Source: Trichoplax adhaerens
Taxonomy: Eukaryota > Animalia > Placozoa
Length of the DNA stretch: 9,177 bases
Reading direction: 5' to 3'
NCBI RefSeq assembly: GCF_000150275.1
Contig: NW_002061150.1
Span: 1-9,177, forward strand
In this document: positions 1 to 8,344 of the stretch, in pieces
Layout of the letters: each line of letters begins with the position of its first letter
Position numbering within the stretch: position 1 is the first letter of the stretch
The notes under the pieces: model-generated
What the model was told of the DNA's origin: nothing
What the model saw: only the letters and a program-made list of their open reading frames with translations
Databases searched by the model: none
Translations under genes and position numbers: made by a program

Positions 1-264
1 AACTTTGGTAAATTGCCATGGTATAATATACAGATGAAATTACAATAAGTTAATCTATTGCCCAATCTTGATGTTATCATAATAAGCTAAAATTTTATTT
101 GTTGTACTGTGATAGATCAAGTAGATGTTACTACGCAGAAATAGAAGCGAATAAATACTACAGTTAAAATCAAGCAACAAGTTCATTTATTATAACAATT
201 TTGCATGCAGCGATGGAATAATATTTGAAGGTGTCATTAAAACGCTACCATCTTTAGACACGTT

Positions 265-592
265 AAGGAATAATAAGCTATAGATCCAGCAACTTTGAGT
301 AAAGGAACGACATTATCATCCATAGAGTAGCACTTTTAACGCTCATAAACATCTAGTAAATATTATTTCATCAGTATAGTAATAAAAGATACGTTATATA
401 ATAATCTTTATTAAAGGAATAATAAAGGAATATTAAATATATTAAAGGAATAATAAATTATAGATCCAGCAACTTTGAGTAAAGGAACGACATCGTCATC
501 CATAAAGTAGCACTTTTGACGCTTATAGGCATCTAGTAAATATTATTTCATCAGTATAGTAATAAAAGATACGCTACATAATAATCTTTATT
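265..592. repeat. Direct tandem duplication, 148-bp unit (265-412 and 445-592), period 180, with a 32-bp junction insert
   Basis: Ungapped alignment gives 137/148 identity. All 11 differences are transitions. Confidence 0.97.
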
Positions 593-1431
593 GCATCTCA
601 GCCAGATTATTCCTTCTGATCAGACATTAATGTTACATGCATTAAATTATAATTTATGCTCTGTGGAAGCATTACAAGCCACACGCATATTAAAGATATT
701 AATTAGTGGCAATAGTTAGCGGTATGAAATTCGAAAACGATATTCTGGTACTGATATTTTAAATAGCTTTTTTTTGAGCTGGATCTGCCTCCGTTATTCT
801 GCTCCTACGAATACCTACAAAGAAGTTACAACATTGGCATATTTAGTTAAGACTAACGCATATACGCGTAATTCTATTCTATCTAACCAAATTTTAATCG
901 TTTAGCATAAACTTTTCGATAGCTATGTGTACTGGTACTATTTTGCTAAGAAATTAAAACCTCCACCTTTGGCATTTTAAAATACCTCATAGTCACTCGA
1001 TGACATTTTTAAGGCAATTATTAATATCATCGCTTGACAATTTATTTGTAAAATTAACATGTTCTTATTTAAAATAAACACGTTCTTTAGCGCTTTTTAT
1101 TTTACACACTGAAGTGTATAAATGTACGTTCCATTAATGACTAGCTGCAATTGGTAAGATTTTACAAATTAAATCTTTTAATAGCATGACACTTAAGATG
1201 GTAAAGTATTTGACTCTTTATGCAATATGAGAGTAATACAGAGATTATCCTGATTATCGCTAGTTAGTCAATTTTGCGAATAATTAAATTTTAATTCATC
1301 GTGTGGCTCATATGTACGGCAAGTCAAGTAGTTAAAAGAACTTCGGGTACAAAGAATGAAAATATGAAGTGTTAAAATAGTTCTCTCAACGCTAACTATT
1401 TTGTAACACTAAATAAATCCAAATTCTACAG

Positions 1432-1474
1432 AATCTCTACATTAACTGTGCTTTACATTTCTAGATCGTGTCGA
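1432..1474 (+). pseudogene. EPHX2: EPHX2-like exon (nucleophile exon, internally deleted and frameshifted)
   Basis: ttctacag acceptor and gtaagt donor. NCALH(F)LDRV matches YMALFYPERV, but GHDWGG is absent and there is a 1-nt deletion near 1459. Confidence 0.7.
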
Positions 1475-1560
1475 GTAAGTTGGCCACTGAACTATTGACT
1501 AACTTCGTTATTAAAGTTAGACTTATAGATTGTTTATTGATTATAAATGGATTATGTTAG

Positions 1561-1675
1561 AGCCGTAGGATGTCTAAACGTACCCTATAAACCTCAACAT
1601 TGATATAAGAACTTTCTACAACATATCAAAAAAAATCCGAGACAATTCGATTATCAGCTTCACTATCAGTTAGAA
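1561..1675 (+). pseudogene. EPHX2: EPHX2-like exon AVGCLNVPYKP...FDYQLHYQLE (first catalytic Tyr)
   Basis: atgttag acceptor. TGA at 1601-1603. The donor reads ATAATA at 1676, presumably GT>AT. Confidence 0.9.
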
Positions 1676-1985
1676 ATAATATGTTTTTAATAAATTCTTT
1701 TATATAGAAAAACACAAGTAATTTGTATTATTTAGATCGATACAATAATACAAGTGATTTCCATGTGAAGGAAATAATTAAAGCAATGACCAGTATTTAT
1801 CGAATATTTGATTCAATGAAATCGCATGAGAATAATTCTTCTAGGCTGGTATCATGTTTAATCTATCAATATCACTCTTGTGAATATAGTAGAAATTTAA
1901 ATTATTTGTATTGAAAAATATTATCCAACGTATTACATGCGTTTTAGCACAAATTCTTAGCTTATGTAACTTAATGATTGTGTAG

Positions 1986-2060
1986 GGTTAAGCAGAAGCT
2001 GAACTTGAGAAAGATTAGAAACGCACATTTAACGTTTATTTAGGAGATTATGGTCCGATT
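1986..2060 (+). pseudogene. EPHX2: EPHX2-like exon G*AEAELEKD*KRTF
   Basis: tgtgtag acceptor, gtaagt donor, phase 0-0. TAA at 1989-1991 and TAG at 2016-2018. Confidence 0.9.
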
Positions 2061-2167
2061 GTAAGTTTAAATTGGTCCATTAAATGTATTCCATTTTTCG
2101 TAGCTATGATTGGACGCAAAATATTGACTCAAATTTAACTTAAACATATTTATGTGTAACAATCTAG

Positions 2168-2213
2168 AGCTGGCTAAAAGATAAAGTAGATTTTAGTACT
2201 ATTCGGAAGAGAG
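2168..2213 (+). pseudogene. EPHX2: EPHX2-like short exon SWLKDKVDFSTIRKR
   Basis: aatctag acceptor and gtgcgt donor. Phase 0-1 fits both neighbouring exons and restores an R(G/D)GILVG motif. Confidence 0.75.
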
Positions 2214-2616
2214 GTGCGTTTAATGAATGGTTTTAATGCGAGCTCGAAAGTAGAACATTTTGCTTAGGAAATACTACTAACTTTAATACAATTTTACAAA
2301 AGAGTGCGGTAGCCATTGCAATCAAAATTTTATTTCTTCAATTGTAATTTAGTTCGACATTGATATTTCCATTTCGCTATTTTAGCCATAAATGAAATAT
2401 AAATTTAACGCAAAATAGAACTTAACATCAAATAATCGTTATTGTATACCGTATGTTTTCTATTCCAGGTTTTAACTACCATACTATGCCACAATAACGG
2501 GATGCAGTGATTTTTATTAAAAAATTGTGTTGAAGTTAATTTCAATGCTAAATAAGATGTCTTTATTTTACTTTTCTCGTTTCTTTTTTTAAAATAATAT
2601 TTTTATACTCTATTAG

Positions 2617-2719
2617 ATGGCATACTAGTAGGCTTAGCAGAGAAACTACCAGATACGCCTTTCTTAACCGAAGAAGAAATGTAAGAGTATATTAAGACTT
2701 TTAAGCAAACTGGATTTAG
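2617..2719 (+). pseudogene. EPHX2: EPHX2-like exon GILVGL...LTEEEM*EYIKTFKQTGFR
   Basis: ctattag acceptor, gtaata donor, phase 1-2. TAA at 2682-2684 sits at the Gln of EEEIQFY. Confidence 0.92.
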
Positions 2720-3056
2720 GTAATACTGAAATAAAGCGATAGTACATCTATATCAGGAATTTTGTTAAGGCTTGCAGTATAGTCTTCTACGTTAAAATGG
2801 CAAATAACTAAAATTTGGAATCCCAAAGATAGCGTTTAAGTTAAGGCTGAGCTATTGCAAAAGTGGACTTTGAAATTCAAATATTAGTAGGCCAAATTCT
2901 AGTCATTTATAAGATTGCTTCAAATATTAATCTATTTATACGCGGACTCTTTGAAAGCCGAAAGATATACTTAAAATGATTTAAGAATACACTATATTGA
3001 AGTCAACAAGGAATACCTTTTAATAATGCAGTGCTAATATGGATATCTTAACGTAG

Positions 3057-3126
3057 ACCTGCATTAAATTCCTATCGCATCTATCCACAAACTAGGAAGT
3101 GGAATCTTAAATTTATTGGTAGACAG
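3057..3126 (+). pseudogene. EPHX2: EPHX2-like exon PALNSYR...KWNLKFIGRQ (second catalytic Tyr)
   Basis: acgtag acceptor, gtaaat donor, phase 2-0, open frame. Matches GPLNWYRNMERNWKWACKSLGRK. Confidence 0.92.
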
Positions 3127-3371
3127 GTAAATTTTATATTTCCTGATACATGATATTTCAATCAATTGGCTTACAAAATTCAGTAATTTCGATAGGTGTT
3201 GGATGTTTGAGTTCTTACGTTGTTTTTGGTAGTTTCAGCGATTAATCGTTACCGTTTCATTTCGTATAACCTGTCGCTGATAAAATTTCGTCATTTCCTA
3301 GCCTTACTTAGAATCCTGTTAAAATGAAGCATGATGATCAGGGGTGAATGTACTTGGCGTTCTATCTCTAG

Positions 3372-3511
3372 GTTTCTCAGCCGGCGTTAATAGTCATCGC
3401 ACAATACGATAATATATTTCGACAGGGTCTTGTTTAAAAATATGGGGAGAAATATGTACCTAATTTAACCACGTATAGCTTAGATTGCGGCCACTGCATT
3501 TAGTTTGAAAG
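3372..3511 (+). pseudogene. EPHX2: EPHX2-like exon carrying the catalytic Asp and His (PALIVIAQYD...DCGHCI*FER)
   Basis: tctctag acceptor, gtactt donor. TAA at 3435-3437; TAG at 3501-3503 sits at the Gln of GHWTQ. Confidence 0.93.
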
Positions 3512-3722
3512 GTACTTTAAATATCGCTTAAGATAAAGGGTTATTTTTTACAAGCTGAAATAAAAATATTTTAAACTTTAATAAATGTCCAATCAATATC
3601 AATTTCCATCCTACGATTTTCCTTTTTGCAAAGATATTCAATTCAATTTATAAATCGTAATATTTCGGTGGTACATTTGCCCTTTGATAATACAACGTAC
3701 TATACAATAATTGTACTTTTAG

Positions 3723-3876
3723 ACCTGGCGAGCTCAACGAAATACTAAGAAAATGTCGGGATAGAATCTGTCTTAGTCCTTCTATTTCTTTAGGGTTTTT
3801 TCTCAGTCCAATATTCAAGGCAATTTATCTAGCCTATTCCATCCTTTCTAGCACAATTTTTGAACATAATAACTGA
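3723..3876 (+). pseudogene. EPHX2: EPHX2-like last exon PGELNEILRK..., open to TGA at 3874-3876 (homology clear only to about 3755)
   Basis: acttttag acceptor, phase 2. PGELNEILRK matches PTEVNQILIK. Confidence 0.8.
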
Positions 3877-4526
3877 AACCTGGTACGATATCTAATGATT
3901 GTCACAACCCTCACTTGTGGCAAAGGAAAGTAAAGAACTCTAGTGTAGTTACTTAAAACTTGGGCTATTTCTCCCAGTACTTTCAGTTTCTATGAGAGAA
4001 GTATTTGAGAACTCGATTTCTCGGCTGATCTCCACAGACAACTGACTAATTATTACACTATTCTTCACGATATGAGTCTTGCCGTTTCTTGAGCAATTAC
4101 TTACTTTATTCTACAAACACACGCGCTTAAATAGGTTTCTACAGTGAATTCCAATATTAACGAGTGAGAATTCATGCTTTACAAGTTACATTAATTAGTA
4201 TAATACCATTACTAAATATACATGTCGATATTCTCAGACTTAGATAGCTACAAGGTATCAGGTGTTAAGACGCTTAACCTTCGTCCATATACAGCTCAAT
4301 TTTTAGAGATTAACACACCTTATAAACCTACAGTAAATTAACTGCTAACAACTTCTATTTTTATCTCATTTCTACCATCCTATTATCAGCTACAAGCGCA
4401 TTAAAACATAGCACATAACCTTATCTTATCTATTCATAAGCATTCATTAATTTACAGTTACTTAATTAGTAACGGCGTTCCGTGACAATGATATAAAAAC
4501 ACATAAAGTAATATTAAAAATTTACC

Positions 4527-4549
4527 AAATATTTTTAAATATTTTTAAA
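4527..4549. repeat. Short tandem 10-mer (AAATATTTTT) x2.3
   Basis: Read directly from the sequence; low complexity. Confidence 0.7.
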
Positions 4550-5549
4550 ACCTGGTTATAGCCTAATTAGTAGAAAGGTTTTAATTCAGAGAACTAAAAT
4601 GATAATACACTAACTTGCACTCTATAGACTCTTGGTATGTACAAGTTGCAAGTTTTGGCTTGAATAAAACATTATAACCTGCATATTATTTACAATTTAA
4701 AATATGTTAATAACTAACAATTCCTACTATTAAATAAGGTAGTCAATACGACATCAATCTAACGGTATTGATAAGCATCCAGGCTGAGATCGATAGAAAG
4801 TCCGTATTAACATTAACATTATTCAGTTTCACGAATAAATACAGCAGTTGCTGAATACGCGTGTGGTCTGTAAATCAGGAAGTAATTTAATACGGAATCT
4901 AGCGTTAAATACTGTTAAACACTTCACTACCATAATAGAAATAAATGACATTAGTCCGAAGTTAGCATCTAATGCATCGCATAATCTCTGTATAAATATA
5001 CTTGACTTTATATTAATAGTCAATCATGATCATTAAATATTGACGAAAGCAAATCAATGAGAAATTGATTTCTTCAGTATCTAGTCCTTAATAAGACAAT
5101 TCAAGATATAATTATAGAAGTAGAAGATGTGAATATTAGTAATTTATCACCGTAGTTATCGGAATACTTGCATGGATAAATATCCGTTATGAGACGAATA
5201 AGAAAATATGGTGTAAAAATAGAAACACCTGAAATATGGATATGATTAGGCATTGAATGTATAAATAGGTATCTGGAATCATTCTGCCATAGTGTCAAAA
5301 ATAGTGCTTTCGGTTAATTTACTTAGCCCATATATTAATATGTATCGACTTAGATATTATGCTTACGAGTGATTGTTGATATAGATTCATAAAAAGATCA
5401 ACTGTCAGAGTTGTAGGGAAAGATTATAGTCAGCAATTATCAAATGTGCATCCATCTTAATACTCTGTCGTGACTAATACCCTGTAATAATATCTTCTTT
5501 AAGTAGCGTAAGTATTTTAAGGTAGACGATGATAGAAGGTATAAAGGAT

Positions 5550-5555
5550 TTTATT
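5550..5555 (-). terminator. Putative LTR polyadenylation signal (AATAAA)
   Basis: Lies downstream of the TATA box and about 67 bp from the LTR 3' end. Confidence 0.3.
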
Positions 5556-5654
5556 GAGATACAAGTTACAGGCTAACAATGATATGATTGTTATAGATAA
5601 GGTATTTGAGATAGCAGGAACGTAGGAACTGACTAACGAGTTAGCGTATAAGGG

Positions 5655-5662
5655 TATTTATA
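5655..5662 (-). promoter_or_regulatory. Putative LTR TATA box (TATAAATA)
   Basis: Consensus match at a U3-like position in the solo LTR. The AT-rich background weakens it. Confidence 0.35.
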
Positions 5663-7286
5663 GGTTTTAGATGGGATTGAGATAATGTCTTTATATGTAT
5701 AGCATGTCGTCTATATGTGGTCATGATGTCGTACATTATGAATGTAATACAATACAGTACTTAAACGGTATATGATAAGTATTCGTATATTAGGATATTA
5801 CTATACTAGGCATCTGCTATATAAGATCATAATGTTACAACCCTAAAATGACAAATGATGCAAATATCATATCAATTTAGGCCTGATCCATTGTTATCTT
5901 CTTGACCAGATTTATAAGTGATAGGTGAAACTTTGGGAGACTCTTCATAGCGTCCGGTTTTATAAAGAGATTTCAATTCTTCAATTTTCGTCCCAGTTTA
6001 AGAGTCCAATCGGTTTAAAGACAAATTCAATTTCATTTCGATGAAGTTTATAACAATCTTATGTCCGCTCGTAGATAAATAGGATTTCTAATTTGTTTTC
6101 TTATACTTACCAGGGTCCTAAATTTCGTTTTAGATGCTTTAATTGGAAAAAATAGAACTAAAACTAAGATGCAAATACAGTAGTTTATACCGACATCTAT
6201 CATATAAACTGATTATTTTAAATATATACAACAGATAGTAGTACTAACGATACGATACGTTGACGCTAAAGGCGGTGTCTACCTAATAGTGTCAAGTTAG
6301 AGATTTGCTCCATTTTGATAACTTAAATTTTGAGTTAGTAATTGTGAACTCAAATGGTTTAGAACCCACTCGCCACACTGGCACTGTCGATATCAAATCA
6401 TGCTTAGCGTACAGTCTAGATTCAGGCTTAGAGTGTGCTGTAGGTTACTACAACATTTTCATGAGGCAACGTCATTAAAGGAATCGGATTTTCACTGTAA
6501 TTACTTAATAGGACATGTGCTAGGTTTATAAGCATATGCGTCGAGTAAATCGAGGGGTTCTTATTGCTAGTTTATTGCATATACAGCTACAGTTTGTTTT
6601 TCCTTGTAATAAAATTGAACATGATTATATAAATCTCGATAGTCTGATTTATATTGGAGCCTTAGAATTAGCTTACTACACGCTATTAAGCAAAAGCAGT
6701 CGAACGAGAATTCAGAACGAATGTACGTGTACTGTTATATTCACAATGCTAATTTGCTGAATCTCTTGATGTACAATGACTAAAATTTAAGGAAGGTAGG
6801 TAAATTGATTTATTATATGGCCTGTAAAATAGATACAGCCAGACTCCAAATAAGTATGCGAAAAGATAAGGCAATAGTAAAATTGATACAAGTAAATTTT
6901 TGATTGCATTTAACAAATCAAGTCTAGTTTGTTTTCCTCTTTCATCTCGTAGAGGCTGTACAACTACACACTACGCTCGATAATTGATATACAAATTAGC
7001 TGAAAATTACTTTATGACTGATGATAGTCTTAATACAGAGTGTAAAGAGTATTAAATTTGCTTACGTTTTTTTACTTCATTTATAAAGAAATAGAATTTA
7101 ATCGATTTCAAGTAGTTATTAAATAAAGCGCAATATCGACCACATGTACGAATACAGTTCCGTTCTTAATAGGATTAATAGTTATAATCAATTTCTCAAT
7201 CTATAATACCGTACTTACTATTCGAAATACAAACATTACACCTAAAAACATGCCATTACGCAACAATATTTTCATGTTTTAGTGGG

Positions 7287-7528
7287 CTAAATAGCCAAAG
7301 CAATATCATTCCTATCTATTCGTCGTAAAGCTGCTTGAAGCTGATCAACATTTACATTTGGATAATTTTTTTTATACCACTTCTTGAGAAATTTCATCGC
7401 TTGATCAAAAATCTCACTCTCTTCATCTTTAATACTATCAACATCGATGGATTGATCCAAAGTTGCAGCCAATTTTGTCCAATCCAAATCAATTGTATTT
7501 GCAATTTGGAAAAAGTGCTCCTTTGGAT
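7287..7528 (-). CDS. Terminal coding exon encoding a complete death domain; upstream exons not securely placed
   Basis: Phase-1 acceptor cgttatag (AG at 7530-7529), then (D)PKEHFFQIANTIDLDWTKLAATLDQSIDVDSIKDEESEIFDQAMKFLKKWYKKNYPNVNVDQLQAALRRIDRNDIALAI*. Shows death-domain hallmarks IA..I..DW..LA..L, Q...L..W and L..AL..I.R.DI. The track's TTG start at 7487 is an internal Leu. Confidence 0.88.
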
Positions 7529-7820
7529 CTATAACGTTACATTAATATCGCAGATAAATTGAAATGCAAACAATGAAACAAGGTATACTCTTAAATGAAA
7601 CTTATAACCGATATTAAATGATAGCTTGTAAATGCTCAACTTTGTCTTATTGATCGAATGCGAAATATAAAATTAAACAAACTTGAACTGCATATGTATC
7701 GTGTATGTAAAAGTAGCCGGAGTGTATGAGTAGAATCTAATGAATCGCGTACAGGTTGTTTGGTTAACTTGTAACTAATATCGTAAGCCATAACAACATT
7801 AAACTTTTTGTACTTTCTAG

Positions 7821-7850
7821 TGATGCATGCAACGATCATATTCTTTTAAG
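7821..7850 (+). other. Candidate 30-nt micro-exon
   Basis: tttttgtactttctag acceptor and AAG|gtaagt consensus donor. One open frame, DACNDHILLR. No homology recognised. Confidence 0.3.
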
Positions 7851-8344
7851 GTAAGTAGATGGATAGAGAGAATAAAGAAGTAGGTGTTAGTCATGCACGT
7901 ATTTTCACTGATGCTTTACGAAATCCAATTATTATAATAATGTATAAACTGGATATCAATTTGCTTTCATCTACAGCAAAATACTAAAATAACCACTACT
8001 CAATCTATATTTTGTACGCGGTTCTGTAGCACCTACCATAAATATTGCATGTTCGGTAGTCGTATTTAATTAATAAAAACTGCATGCATAAGCAACAACT
8101 TATACTGCTATTGCATAATATAATTGCAATGCTAATTCATTTATTTCGACATTATTATTTCAAAATATAATCAATTTTCTTTTTATTAATTCAAGCATTT
8201 TAGAAAGTAATTAAAGTATAATGATGTAGCTCTGATATCTTTACTATGTTACTAACATATTAATTGATGGAAATAACACATTAATTTAGATATTTCGTTT
8301 TGCACGTTATATGTATTCGTATAACTACTTGTTTTCTATTTAAG

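Larger units (their letters stand above)
1432..3876 (+). pseudogene. EPHX2: Unprocessed pseudogene of soluble epoxide hydrolase (alpha/beta-hydrolase C-terminal domain), 8 exons: 1432-1474, 1561-1675, 1986-2060, 2168-2213, 2617-2719, 3057-3126, 3372-3511, 3723-3876
   Basis: Spliced translation: NLYINCALH(fs)LDRVEAVGCLNVPYKPQH*YKNFLQHIKKNPRQFDYQLHYQLEG*AEAELEKD*KRTFNVYLGDYGPISWLKDKVDFSTIRKRDGILVGLAEKLPDTPFLTEEEM*EYIKTFKQTGFRPALNSYRIYPQTRKWNLKFIGRQVSQPALIVIAQYDNIFRQGLV*KYGEKYVPNLTTYSLDCGHCI*FERPGELNEILRK. It is colinear with sEH motifs (AVASLNTP, FDYQLYFQ, GVAEAELE, TEEEIQFY..F..SGFRGPLNWYR, PALMV..KD, CGHWTQ, P.EVN.IL). Intron phases are compatible. Lesions: 6 premature stops, 1 frameshift, 1 dead donor site and a deleted nucleophile motif. 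Confidence 0.93.
5483..5839 (-). mobile_element. Solo LTR (357 bp), probably Ty3/Gypsy-type
   Basis: Ends TGTAATA...TGTTACA (TG..CA, 6/7 inverted match). Flanked by a perfect 4-bp TSD ACCC (5479-5482 and 5840-5843). On the - strand TATAAATA precedes AATAAA by about 100 bp. No internal domain. Confidence 0.72.
5042..6760 (+). pseudogene. Probable decayed long intronless ORF of unknown family, interrupted by the solo LTR and at least 2 frameshifts
   Basis: 5941-6757, read in two successive frames, has only 8 internal stops in about 270 codons, all TAA/TAG, and includes track ORF 6536-6760. 5102-5240 shows coding-like bias (G at codon position 1, A/T at position 3). No family recognised; the 5' boundary is uncertain. 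Confidence 0.35.

Noticed and set aside
767-1013. Possible upstream EPHX2 exons (AGSASVILLLRIP...WHI* resembling GSGPAVCLCHGFP...WRYQ; SLDDIFKAII)
   Set aside because: The HGFP motif and valid donor sites are absent; the similarity is too weak to call by eye.
1723-1914. Track ORF, 63 aa
   Set aside because: TTG start, lies within an EPHX2 intron, no recognisable domain.
2469-2501. Strong acceptor ttttctattccag suggesting an extra EPHX2 exon
   Set aside because: No phase-compatible donor with sEH-like sequence; 2168-2213 fills this position better.
672-4873. About 20-bp inverted similarity between 672-692 and 4853-4873 (both read YACGL*)
   Set aside because: It does not extend; a few such matches are expected by chance in 9 kb.
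4829-5298. Track ORFs on the - strand (4829-5023 and 5101-5298)
   Set aside because: TTG starts and no motifs; more likely shadows of the + strand relic.
3753-6196. Imperfect inverted ends (ATGTCGGGATA / TATACCGACAT) suggesting a 2.4-kb TIR element
   Set aside because: No TSD, no transposase remnant, and the right end falls inside the putative ORF relic.
1432-6760. Ciliate-type genetic code (TAA/TAG = Gln) as the explanation for in-frame stops
   Set aside because: EPHX2 also has an internal TGA, a frameshift, a dead donor and a deleted active site. The intact death-domain exon uses only CAA/CAG for Gln.
7335-7839. Track ORFs 7335-7562 (+) and 7636-7839 (-)
   Set aside because: The first is an antisense shadow of the death-domain exon. 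The second has no recognisable domain or splice link.
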